Assembly (NCBI RefSeq): GCF_008000775.2
Contig: NZ_CP042905.2
Location: 1,380,001 to 1,412,000 of the forward strand
Direction of reading: 5' to 3'
Length of the DNA: 32,000 bases
Source: Promethearchaeum syntrophicum
GTDB lineage: Archaea > Asgardarchaeota > Lokiarchaeia > Sigyniarchaeales > Promethearchaeaceae
Made by a program: the position numbers and the translations under genes. Shown here piece after piece: positions 10,203-19,416 of this stretch. Under the pieces are notes generated by a model. It was given only the letters and a program-made list of their open reading frames with translations, had not been told where the DNA came from and did not search any database. Every line of letters begins with the position of its first letter. Position 1 is the first letter of the stretch.

Positions 10203-11486
10203 CTAATAATATCCCATTCCTGAAAAAATTCGATAAAAATATAGAAGACCAGAAAGAAGATGTAAAATTAACAATATCCAGCTTACTATTATTTTGATCT
10301 TTTCTTTATGATTTTTCATGAGTTTAAAGATAAACCACTCTTTTATTATTTCCTTATCCGTTTGCGAAGTTTCTTGTGGATAATTTTTAAGAATATTTTC
10401 ATCGTGGTGTTTACAATCAATTTTTTGTATTTTCAAAAATTCAATAATCGAAAACGTAAATAAAACAGGAATTACAATTTGTCTACCCCATCCAAAATTA
10501 ACATGCAAATATTTATTCCCGTCTTCAGCAAAAAAGTAAAAAGGAATTAAAGAAAATGCAAACGTAATCCAAGAAAACATAAGATATTGGTTTTTTCGCG
10601 ATTGTTTATAAAAAAGAAGAATGCTAAAGGGAAAAGCTATTAAAAGTATTAACGAAAATAATGGATCCTTTGAATAATTAGAACTCACACCAAAAAAATC
10701 AAAAATTATTTTCCTTTCATTTAGTGCAGTAGTTCCATTGTGTAATATTGAAAAGAATTGCATTGTCACTAATATAATAACTGGAATTAAAATTAATGAA
10801 AATTTAAGATATAATTTCCACTTTTTTGGATGATAATAAAGAATAAAACAACACGATGCAGGGAGAAATGCAATCATAAAATTGGGTTTTGCCAGAATAC
10901 TTAAAATTAAGGAGATAAAAAGAAAAAATAAATAAAAATTTTGTTTCTTACCTTTATTTTTTAAAATTTTTATTATTAAAAATGTCGATAAAAAAGCAAA
11001 TGGTATACTCATTATTGAAGTAGGATTATGCCACAAATTCGGAGAACCTTGGCCAAGATAAATGTTAACATTGAAAAAAGTGACATATATTGCCGAAATG
11101 AAAAATTGAATAATTGCTAAAAGCATACAAATTTTTTTTGAAATTTTATTTTCTAAGAAATAATTAAAAAAATTATAAATCAATAAAAAAGTGATCACTT
11201 TTTGTAGAGATAAAATAATAATTGCCGAGGTATTTAAAGAAATTAAAAAAATATTTGAAACTATATAGATTGTATAATGAAATAAGGGATAAGAAATAGG
11301 ATACCCCTCTTTAAAATGTATCTCAGTATAATAAATGTGGGGAAGTAAATCGGAGTCATATTTTAACGTTGTATTATCATTATATACTTGATTATAAAAA
11401 ATATATGATGAAATACAAAAGATTATGATAATAATCGAACAAAAAAATAAGATATCCAGAGCTTTTCTAATTAATTGATTTTTCAT
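10203..11486 (-). CDS. Polytopic membrane protein of unknown function, possible GT-C-like glycosyltransferase
   Basis: 427 aa, around 10 hydrophobic segments, with LKYDSDLLPHIYYTEIHFKEGYPISYPLFHYTIY after TM1. The acidic residues in the first extracytoplasmic loop are GT-C-like. Confidence 0.5.
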   Translation of the reverse strand: MKNQLIRKALDILFFCSIIIIIFCISSYIFYNQVYNDNTTLKYDSDLLPHIYYTEIHFKEGYPISYPLFHYTIYIVSNIFLISLNTSAIIILSLQKVITFLLIYNFFNYFLENKISKKICMLLAIIQFFISAIYVTFFNVNIYLGQGSPNLWHNPTSIMSIPFAFLSTFLIIKILKNKGKKQNFYLFFLFISLILSILAKPNFMIAFLPASCCFILYYHPKKWKLYLKFSLILIPVIILVTMQFFSILHNGTTALNERKIIFDFFGVSSNYSKDPLFSLILLIAFPFSILLFYKQSRKNQYLMFSWITFAFSLIPFYFFAEDGNKYLHVNFGWGRQIVIPVLFTFSIIEFLKIQKIDCKHHDENILKNYPQETSQTDKEIIKEWFIFKLMKNHKEKIKIIVSWILLILHLLSGLLYFYRIFSGMGYY

Positions 11487-11500
11487 GAGAAATCACATAG

Positions 11501-12286
11501 TTAAAGTCCAGTATATTTATTATTTTGGGGACTTTGAGTGATAATTATTTTCAATTTTTGAATTGTATCTTGTGTTATTTTTGAATTGAATGTTTCAAAA
11601 TTAAGTTTTATTATGCGATCTGGTAGGTTCCACCATTTTATTTTTATTAATTCTTGAATATTTTCATCAGAAAATCGGTATTTGATAATTTTTGCAGGAT
11701 TTCCACCTACTATGGCATAAGGAGGAATATTTTTATTCACTAGGGAATTAGCACCTATAATTGATCCCGTACCTATTGAAACCCCTCTTAAAATTGTAGA
11801 ATTTGCACCAATCCATACATCATGACCAATTTCGATATTCTTTTCGAATCTATTATACCATTCTTCATTTTCGGGTTTTAATCTATCTACATCAGTATAG
11901 AGAAACCTATGAGTTGTTACACGGGAAAAATCATGTTCTCCAGGTCCAATGGTAACTCCCCATGATATTGAACAAAAATTTCCAATTTTTATTCCCATTA
12001 TGATTGCATTTTGCCCAGTATAACTGTGTTTTCCAATTTGACATCCTGAAATATGATTATATCTACCTATATGAACTGATTTGTCTAAATATGAATTTAA
12101 AATTTTTGAATGATCTCCCACTGATGAATTCTTTTGAATTATTGAATTTTTTATAGTTGTAAATTTGTAAATCTTGGTATTTTGAGAAATCTCAGATTTG
12201 TCTATATTACTATAAATATCAAAAAAGCAATTTTTATCTATTTTTGAATCATTTATTCTTGGGTTCTGGGAATTATTCATTCTCAT
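11501..12286 (-). CDS. Left-handed beta-helix (hexapeptide-repeat) acyltransferase, CatB/xenobiotic-acetyltransferase-like
   Basis: Repeats such as SYLDKSVHIGRYNHISGCQIGKHSYTG, then IGPGEHDFSRVTTHRF, IEIGHDVWIGANSTILRGVSIGTGSIIGANSLVNKNIPPYAIVGGNPAKIIKYRF. Confidence 0.9.
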   Translation of the reverse strand: MRMNNSQNPRINDSKIDKNCFFDIYSNIDKSEISQNTKIYKFTTIKNSIIQKNSSVGDHSKILNSYLDKSVHIGRYNHISGCQIGKHSYTGQNAIIMGIKIGNFCSISWGVTIGPGEHDFSRVTTHRFLYTDVDRLKPENEEWYNRFEKNIEIGHDVWIGANSTILRGVSIGTGSIIGANSLVNKNIPPYAIVGGNPAKIIKYRFSDENIQELIKIKWWNLPDRIIKLNFETFNSKITQDTIQKLKIIITQSPQNNKYTGL

Positions 12287-12309
12287 TGAATTTTCACTTC
12301 ATTACTTGA

Positions 12310-13533
12310 CTATTTTAATTCAATTTTAATCTTTTCTTTCACGAATTCTAAATTATTTAAAGATTCTTCCAAAGTATTTCCGGTTACAATTATCTGTCCG
12401 ATTCTGTCAGGACCTACATTAAATTTATTGATTTGATCATTTACTTTATAATCAAAACTTATGTCTTCAATATAAGGCTGTTTCATCAGATTCTCATTAG
12501 TTATTTTAGTAATTGTTCCAGACTGTGAAGATGTTAATAATTCACCTGCACAAGGAATTTTTTTATTTTTAAAATGCACTTCCATTTTGATTCCTAAACA
12601 ATTTTTAATTACATATTCAAAATAATCAAATCCAAAATGTATCCCTACCATTTCTGCCAAACATGTAGCTCCAGTTCTGGCTCCAATTTCAAGAACATAG
12701 ACTTTATTATCGCTTAGGATGAAATCAGCATTAATTGCACAATTATTCAGCTTTAATGCGTGAATTGAATATTTTAATTGAGTTTCTATATCCCTTTGAA
12801 TTTCTGTACTTAAATTATAAGGAACATAGTGTCCGATAGGAACTCCTGTGCTACCTTGAAATATCATGTCTCCATGAGGCATTATAAACTTAATTTCGTC
12901 ATTTAGAATAAAAGCTTGAGCTCCAAATTCTTCTCCAATAATAAATTCTTCGATTATAAAATAGTCTTTTTTTGTAGTCTCCATTACATAATCAAACGCT
13001 GCACTTATTTCACTTTCCTTATCAACACGAATTATTCCTCTGCTACCAGAGCTATCCACGGCTTTGAATATTGCAGGTTTATTTAATTTCTTAAATGCTT
13101 CATTAGATTGATCCAAAGTAGAAACATTGAAATATTTCGCTGTTCTTACATCGGAATTAATAAATGCATCTTTCATTTTTTTTTTATCAGTCGATAATTG
13201 GACTGCTTCAAAAGATGGCCCTGAGAGGTTTAATTCATCACAAATTTTTCCTAAAGTTATTAATGCAACATCTGTTCCAGCAGTGCATACCCCATCGATG
13301 TTTTCATTTTGAGCAATTTTTGCAACTTTTTCATAAGCTGTGGTATCTTCATAAATATTTTTATCTGAAAATTGAAATCCTGGATAATTTCCTTCATAAC
13401 TAACGACTAATGTCTCATACCCAAGTTCTTTAGATTTTTTTATTAATGGAACTTGATAAACTCCGGCTCCCAATATCATAATTTTTTTTTTCATAATTCT
13501 AACACTTTTTTCTATAGCAGATTTATATTTCAT
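12310..13533 (-). CDS. ATP-grasp family ligase (carbamoyl-phosphate-synthase-like / PylC-like fold)
   Basis: KKKIMILGAGVYQVPLIKKSKELGYETLVV, PAIFKAVDSSGSRGIIRVDKESE, YFIIEEFIIGEEFGAQAFIL, CAINADFILSDNKVYVLEIGARTGATCLAE. The real start is probably at the internal Met preceding KKKIMILG. Confidence 0.85.
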   Translation of the reverse strand: MKYKSAIEKSVRIMKKKIMILGAGVYQVPLIKKSKELGYETLVVSYEGNYPGFQFSDKNIYEDTTAYEKVAKIAQNENIDGVCTAGTDVALITLGKICDELNLSGPSFEAVQLSTDKKKMKDAFINSDVRTAKYFNVSTLDQSNEAFKKLNKPAIFKAVDSSGSRGIIRVDKESEISAAFDYVMETTKKDYFIIEEFIIGEEFGAQAFILNDEIKFIMPHGDMIFQGSTGVPIGHYVPYNLSTEIQRDIETQLKYSIHALKLNNCAINADFILSDNKVYVLEIGARTGATCLAEMVGIHFGFDYFEYVIKNCLGIKMEVHFKNKKIPCAGELLTSSQSGTITKITNENLMKQPYIEDISFDYKVNDQINKFNVGPDRIGQIIVTGNTLEESLNNLEFVKEKIKIELK

Positions 13534-13680
13534 TGTAAGATAATTTTATTAATAAAAAAAAAAATTATCGCATTATCAATTGAATAGAACTATATATTTG
13601 ATATATGATTATTCATTCCAAATAATAATATCCCTTTTATCTAAAGGATGAATTTATAATGAAATTGTGGTTTACTTTTT

Positions 13681-14094
13681 ATGAAAAAATCAAAGAAATC
13701 ATATAATAAAGAATACATATTAATTTTAGTCCCAGTAACACTTCAAGTATTAGGAACTACATTTGGAAAGATTGGTGCTTCTAATATTTCTATTGAAGAT
13801 TTTCAAATAATACAATTTTTTAATTTTTTTACGATTATTGCTTGTATAGTTTTAGTTTTACGCGGTTTCATTTGGTTATTTGTTCTTAAAAAATTTGATC
13901 TTGCGTTTGCTTATCCTTTTATGAGTTTATCTTATATTTTTATCTTATTTATTTCTCATTTCTATTTTAACGAAGACATTAATACATACAAAATAATTGG
14001 TTCTGTATTAATTACATTAGGGACATTCTTCCTTTCTATTGGAGAACTAAAAAAAAATATTATGGTCCCCAAAAAAAAAGAGGTAAAGATATGA
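13681..14094 (+). CDS. Small four-TM transporter of the SMR/EamA superfamily (ArnE-like, first member of intact pair)
   Basis: 137 aa: VTLQVLGTTFGKIGASN, FIWLFVLKKFDLAFAYPFMSLSYIFILFISHFYFNEDINTYKIIGSVLITLGTFFLSIGE. Confidence 0.78.
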   Translation: MKKSKKSYNKEYILILVPVTLQVLGTTFGKIGASNISIEDFQIIQFFNFFTIIACIVLVLRGFIWLFVLKKFDLAFAYPFMSLSYIFILFISHFYFNEDINTYKIIGSVLITLGTFFLSIGELKKNIMVPKKKEVKI

Positions 14095-14441
14095 TTGAAT
14101 ATTTTCTTATATTAATTTCTGTATTTTCAACTGTAATTAGCCTTATCTTATTTAAAAAGGCTTCAGGAATTCTTAAATATGAAAACGGATTGTTAAAATT
14201 TATTAAATCACTCTTTAATTATTATTTAATTTCTGCAATATTCTTAGTTGGGGTGTCTGTTGTATCATATAATCTTGCGTTAAGCTCATTGGATCTAATA
14301 ATTGTTTTCTCCTTCAATAGTTTAACACCCTTGTTTGTTTTTTTTTCTGGTGTTATCTTTTTTGGTGAAAAAATCAATCGGTATCATGTTATAGGAATTA
14401 GTCTTATCACTATTGGATTATTCTTTATTAATGTTGCATAA
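14091..14441 (+). CDS. Small four-TM transporter of the SMR/EamA superfamily (ArnF-like, second member of intact pair)
   Basis: 116 aa, start overlaps the upstream stop (ATGA). SVFSTVISLILFKKASGIL, SSLDLIIVFSFNSLTPLFVFFSGVIFFGEKINRYHVIGISLITIGLFFINVA. Confidence 0.76.
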   Translation: MIEYFLILISVFSTVISLILFKKASGILKYENGLLKFIKSLFNYYLISAIFLVGVSVVSYNLALSSLDLIIVFSFNSLTPLFVFFSGVIFFGEKINRYHVIGISLITIGLFFINVA

Positions 14442-14681
14442 TTTTAATAATGAAATTAACTCCAAGTTATATTTTAATAGTTTAAAAACAACAACCCAAA
14501 AAGATATAATTTACAAAATCAGTGGACGAAAAAGTTTAATAAACCGAATTACTATTTTCAGTTAATCTAGAGGAATAACTTAAAAATAGTGAATTCTAAC
14601 AACACTAGATCCAAAAAAACTATAAGAATAATACAATCCTATTAATGAGATTAATTTATTATCCCTAATAAAAATGAAAAA

Positions 14682-15620
14682 TTAAATAATTTTTTCTCGA
14701 ATTGCATAAACTTGATTATTTTTAACAGTTTTAATAATTCGGATAAGATATTCCCCAATGAGTCCTAAAGAAAAGAGTATCATTCCAGATAAAAACAAAA
14801 TTGCCACGATTATGCTTGTCCAACCAGTTACTGATACACCATTAATAAAATATTTTAAAATCTTAATTACTCCTACTATAAAGCTTGCAATGGAAATGAT
14901 AAAGCCAAAAATACTTACAATTCTTAAAGGAAGAGTTGAGTTCATAAGAATATTGTCTAAAGCCATTTTTACATATTTTGTAAAAGTATAATTTGATTTT
15001 CCATATAAACGAGTGTCATGTTTCACAGAAACATTTTTAATTCTATTTGTTATGGTTAATAACTTTGGGCCTATTACCAAATTTGAATTATCAGAATTAA
15101 GGATCTCGTCAATAATGATCCTCCTAATAATACGAAAAGATCCTGATTTCAATTCTTTAGGTTTTTTAAAAAAATAAGAGTTCAAGAGATTGGCACATGA
15201 ACTTGCTAAATTTCTAAAAAAGCCATGTTTTTTCTTTTTTGGATAACCGACATATATATCAGTTTCAGGATCCATTTTTATAGCTGAAATTAAGACAGAA
15301 ATCTCTTCAGGAGGATGTTGAAGGTCATCATCCATTGTAATTATAAATTTTCCCTTTGAAAAATTGAATCCACATAGAATTGCATTGTGTTGTCCAGAAT
15401 TTTTCAACAACTGAATTATTTTAACTTTATGATCATCTAAATTTAGTTCTTTTAATATTTTCCAGCTATTATCTTTACTGCAATCATCTATAAAAATTAA
15501 TTCATAATTAGGAGTTATGGATTCAAAGGTTTTACTCAACCTTGAATGTAATTCTTTCAAAGATGTTTCCGAATTATACACGGGAATAACTACAGAATAT
15601 TCTATTATAGATTCAACCAT
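14682..15620 (-). CDS. GT2 glycosyltransferase, DPM1/ArnC/GtrB-like, with C-terminal TM helices (polyprenyl-phosphate sugar synthase)
   Basis: EYSVVIPVYNSETSLKELHSRL, YELIFIDDCSKDNSW, GQHNAILCGFNFSKGKFIITMDDDLQHPPEEI, RLYGKSNYTFTKYVKMALD, then two hydrophobic segments. Confidence 0.92.
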   Translation of the reverse strand: MVESIIEYSVVIPVYNSETSLKELHSRLSKTFESITPNYELIFIDDCSKDNSWKILKELNLDDHKVKIIQLLKNSGQHNAILCGFNFSKGKFIITMDDDLQHPPEEISVLISAIKMDPETDIYVGYPKKKKHGFFRNLASSCANLLNSYFFKKPKELKSGSFRIIRRIIIDEILNSDNSNLVIGPKLLTITNRIKNVSVKHDTRLYGKSNYTFTKYVKMALDNILMNSTLPLRIVSIFGFIISIASFIVGVIKILKYFINGVSVTGWTSIIVAILFLSGMILFSLGLIGEYLIRIIKTVKNNQVYAIREKII

Positions 15621-16093
15621 ATTTCATCAAATTTTATGAATTATTTTATATTAATTTTTATTAATTAATGATAATTTAATAATTTCATTAGAGAAGTGAC
15701 ATTAGATCATAATTTAAATAAGGGAAATATATAAGATATCAAGATATGACAATTAAATTATCAAATATAGATAAAAACTTTATAATTTCAAAGTTGGAAT
15801 TGTTGGTGCACTTAGTATTAAAAGAATCTTAAAAATGTCCTAAAAATATATTGTTAATTTTTTAAGAAGTTAAAGTAGTGCGTTTAGCTTTGATTAGGAA
15901 TATTTATCTTGAATTATTACATCTATCAATATTTTTATATTAGAAATTAGTTTTATAGGTAAATGAATAATCTTATTCAAAAAAAGTAAAATTGATTATT
16001 CTTAATTTTATTTTTGTATCTTAAGGAAAAAAAAGGAGCAAATACAACAAAAAACATGATTACTATATTTTAGAAAAATGGAATTGATTTATA

Positions 16094-17101
16094 TTGAATA
16101 ATATAATAATTTGTAAGAGAAATGAAGGTTTAGATGTTTTAAAAGGAATTCTAATTATATTGATGATAATTGGTCATATATTTAGTTATAGTCTGGGTTA
16201 TAATGCTCTTAATCCTATTCGGTATGCAATTTATTCTTTCCACATGCCACTATTTATGGGTATATCAGGTTATTTATTAAATATTAATTTTCTCAAACAA
16301 GCTTCTATTATACAAATTCTAAAGAAATATTTTTTCCGCTTATTAATTCCTGTGATGATATCATGGATAATGTGGTATTTTTTCAAATTAAAGAAATATA
16401 ATAGTTTATTTGAAGATCCAAAATTATTCGAATTTATTTTTTTTCCACAAGTTTATCTCTGGTATATATATTCTCTTTTTGTTTATATTTTGATTATCTC
16501 CTTGTTTTTAAGAATTTCAACAAAATTTTATGTTCTCTTTCTATTTTCAATATTTCTAGCCCTATTTTTTGTTTATTTCATTGATTATTCATCAACAATT
16601 GTATCGAAAAGTGGAAAATTAGAATTATCATTCTATACTTATCGTCCTCATTTCTTCTGCTTTTTAATTCTTGGAATCTTAACAAAACAGAAAAATTGGA
16701 TGATAAAGTCTCATAAAATAAGCATTTTTACAATTATTATTCTAATTTTTGTCAGAATTTTGAATTATTATTATTTCAACGCTTATTTATATAATATCGA
16801 TTTTTATTTCTTAAATTTCTTTCTTATCCTATACCTTTTACCCCATGCAATTAATTGGAAATTCAAATATTCTACATTTCTTCAAGATATTGGAAAAAAA
16901 TCTATGCCAATATATCTTTATAATTTATTCTTAATTGTTGCATATACGGATAAAAGATTGTTTTCATGGTATTTAGTCACATTTTCTTGCGAGTTTATAC
17001 TAATTTTAGTAATTGTTCGACCAAAATTGATAAAAGATTATGTATATGGTAAGAAAAAAATAAAAATATCTTATAACAATGGAAATGAAAAATTTGACTG
17101 A
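16094..17101 (+). CDS. Acyltransferase-3 family membrane O-acetyltransferase (fucose 4-O-acetylase-like)
   Basis: RNEGLDVLKGILIILMIIGHIFSYSLGYNALNPIRYAIYSFHMPLFMGISGYLLNINF plus about 10 TM helices: a typical NolL/COG3594-like N-terminus. TTG start. Confidence 0.82.
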   Translation: MNNIIICKRNEGLDVLKGILIILMIIGHIFSYSLGYNALNPIRYAIYSFHMPLFMGISGYLLNINFLKQASIIQILKKYFFRLLIPVMISWIMWYFFKLKKYNSLFEDPKLFEFIFFPQVYLWYIYSLFVYILIISLFLRISTKFYVLFLFSIFLALFFVYFIDYSSTIVSKSGKLELSFYTYRPHFFCFLILGILTKQKNWMIKSHKISIFTIIILIFVRILNYYYFNAYLYNIDFYFLNFFLILYLLPHAINWKFKYSTFLQDIGKKSMPIYLYNLFLIVAYTDKRLFSWYLVTFSCEFILILVIVRPKLIKDYVYGKKKIKISYNNGNEKFD

Positions 17102-17277
17102 GTTCAAAAAAGATAATTTAAAAATATGATAGAGTTTTTTTTTAAGAAGGGTAATTATTAGAAAAATATTATTGAAAAGTATTTCAATAAATAAAAAATG
17201 AGAATTATATAAAATATAATTTTCACGTAAGAGATCTTGGAAAGTATTAAAATATAATAAAAGATAGAGATTTAAAA

Positions 17278-18444
17278 ATGAAATCGATGATCCCATTTAA
17301 TAAACCATATTATCCTCAAAATGGAATTAAATATGTGAAAGATACCTTTAAAAGAAGAAAAATATCTGGAGATGGCTACTATTCAAAAAGAATAAGTAAG
17401 TTCATTGAAGAAAAATTTGGAGTAAAAAAGGCATTATTTGTTACGTCAGGTAGTGCGGCACTTGATATGGCTGCAATTATATTAGATTTACAACCTCAAG
17501 ATGAAGTAATTATGCCTTCATATACTTTTGTATCTACAGCAAATTCAGTAATGTTAAGAAATGCCAAAGTTATATTTGTAGATATTGATCCAAAAACTAT
17601 GAATATTGATCCAATTGAAATTGAAAAATTTATAACTCCAAATACCAAGGCATTGTTTGTTGTACATTATGCTGGAATTTCATGTGATATGGGAAAGATT
17701 ATGGATATAGCAAAGAAATATAATATTAAAGTTATTGAAGACGCAGCTCAAGGAGTAAATTCAAAATATAAAGATAAATATCTTGGTTCTATTGGAGATA
17801 TTGGATGTTATAGCTTTCATGAGACAAAAAATTACGTTTGTGGTGAAGGGGGTGCTTTTTTGCTAAATGATGAATCTTTAATTGAAAGAGCAGAAATCAT
17901 TTGGGAAAAAGGGACAAATCGACGTAAATTTTTCAGAGGGGAGGTTGATAAATATTCATGGATTGACATTGGATCCAGTTTTTTGGGTTCTGATATGCTA
18001 GCTGCTTTTTTATATGCACAATTTGAAGCTTTAGAAAAAATAAACTTTCTGAGAAAAAATGTTTTTGAATATTATTATGAATTATTAGAACCATTGGAAA
18101 AACAAAATTTTCTTAAACTTCCATTTATTCCAAATAATTGCACACCAAATTATCATATGTTTTATATTATATTGAAAAATAACTATGAAAGAGATGAAAT
18201 GATGAATTTTTTAAAAAATTCAGGAATCCATGCTATTTTTCATTATATCCCGCTTCATTCTTCACCAATGGGGAGAAAATTAGGGTATAAATCCGAAGAT
18301 TTACCTTTAACTGAAGAATATGCTGGTAGATTATTGCGTTTACCAATGTATGCAGAATTAAAAAAAAGAGAAATTGAATATATTGTTCAAAAAATCTCCA
18401 AAATGATGAAATTATTACAACCAAGAAATATCGATAATATTTAG
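17278..18444 (+). CDS. wecE: DegT/DnrJ/EryC1 aminotransferase, WecE/RffA-like (dTDP-4-amino-4,6-dideoxygalactose transaminase)
   Basis: IPFNKPYYPQNGIKYVKDTFKRRKISGDGYYSKRISKFIEEKFGVKKALFVTSGSAALDMAAI and the PLP-lysine region YSFHETKNYVCGEGGAFLLN. Confidence 0.85.
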   Translation: MKSMIPFNKPYYPQNGIKYVKDTFKRRKISGDGYYSKRISKFIEEKFGVKKALFVTSGSAALDMAAIILDLQPQDEVIMPSYTFVSTANSVMLRNAKVIFVDIDPKTMNIDPIEIEKFITPNTKALFVVHYAGISCDMGKIMDIAKKYNIKVIEDAAQGVNSKYKDKYLGSIGDIGCYSFHETKNYVCGEGGAFLLNDESLIERAEIIWEKGTNRRKFFRGEVDKYSWIDIGSSFLGSDMLAAFLYAQFEALEKINFLRKNVFEYYYELLEPLEKQNFLKLPFIPNNCTPNYHMFYIILKNNYERDEMMNFLKNSGIHAIFHYIPLHSSPMGRKLGYKSEDLPLTEEYAGRLLRLPMYAELKKREIEYIVQKISKMMKLLQPRNIDNI

Positions 18445-18456
18445 GATGAAATTTAA

Positions 18457-19395
18457 ATGGAATTTACAAAAAACAGCACTATATATGTATCTGGTCATGA
18501 CGGAATGGTAGGAAAACGATTAATACAATATTTAACTGAAAATGGATATTCAAAAATTATAACGGCGACCTTTCAAGAATTAGATCTTCGAAATCAAAAA
18601 TCTGTAGAAACTTTTTTCAATAAATATCAACCGGAAATCGTCATTCATATTGCAGCTAGAGTTGGAGGTATCTATGCAAATATTAAATCACCAGCAGAGT
18701 TCATTTATGATAATTTAATGATTCAGACGAATGTAATTCATTCGGCTTATAAAAATAAATGTCAAAAATTAGTATTTCTTGGAAGTTCTTGTATTTATCC
18801 AAAAGATTGTATTCAACCAATGAGTGAAGATTTTTTTATGACAGGAAAACTTGAACCTACCAACCAATCTTATGCAATTGCAAAAATCGCTGGTATTCAG
18901 ATGTGTCAATCATATAATAAACAATATAACACTAATTTTATCTCAATAATGCCAAGCAATCTATATGGACCTGGAGATCATTATAATAATAGAAATTCAC
19001 ATGTAATGGCAGCTCTTATAAGCCGATTCCACAATGCAATAAAAGAAAAAGAAGAAAAAGTGATAGTATGGGGAACAGGTAATCCGAGAAGAGAGTTTCT
19101 ATTTATTGATGATTTGATTTCTGCAATAATATTTCTATTAAAAAATTATAATGATTCATCGATAATTAACGTTGGTCCAGGATATGATATTTCAATAAAA
19201 AAACTTGCAGAAAAAATTAGTCGGATTTTAGGTTACACTGGATTAATTGAATTCGATAAAACTAAACCAGATGGTATGATGAAAAAGCTTCTTGATGTTT
19301 CGAAAATAAATGATTTGGGTTGGAAAACGAATATTGATTTAGATGAAGGAATAAGAAGGGCTTATAATGAATATAGAAAGATATTTAAAGAATAA
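18457..19395 (+). CDS. fcl: GDP-L-fucose synthase (GMER)
   Basis: IYVSGHDGMVGKRLIQYL, HIAARVGGIYANIKSPAEFIYDNLMIQTNVIHSAY, LGSSCIYPKDCIQPMSEDFFMTGKLEPTNQSYAIAKIAGIQMC, SNLYGPGDHY, WGTGNPRREFLFIDDL. Confidence 0.94.
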   Translation: MEFTKNSTIYVSGHDGMVGKRLIQYLTENGYSKIITATFQELDLRNQKSVETFFNKYQPEIVIHIAARVGGIYANIKSPAEFIYDNLMIQTNVIHSAYKNKCQKLVFLGSSCIYPKDCIQPMSEDFFMTGKLEPTNQSYAIAKIAGIQMCQSYNKQYNTNFISIMPSNLYGPGDHYNNRNSHVMAALISRFHNAIKEKEEKVIVWGTGNPRREFLFIDDLISAIIFLLKNYNDSSIINVGPGYDISIKKLAEKISRILGYTGLIEFDKTKPDGMMKKLLDVSKINDLGWKTNIDLDEGIRRAYNEYRKIFKE

Positions 19396-19416
19396 GTCAA
19401 ATTTTGAGGAAATTCG

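Noticed and set aside
13127-13403. Two overlapping plus-strand ORFs (61 and 79 aa)
   Set aside because: Both antisense within the ATP-grasp gene and in competing frames.
17006-17296. Minus-strand 96-aa hydrophobic ORF
   Set aside because: Overlaps the 3' end of the acyltransferase-3 gene and an AT-rich gap before the WecE-like gene; hydrophobicity is explained by poly-A/T composition.
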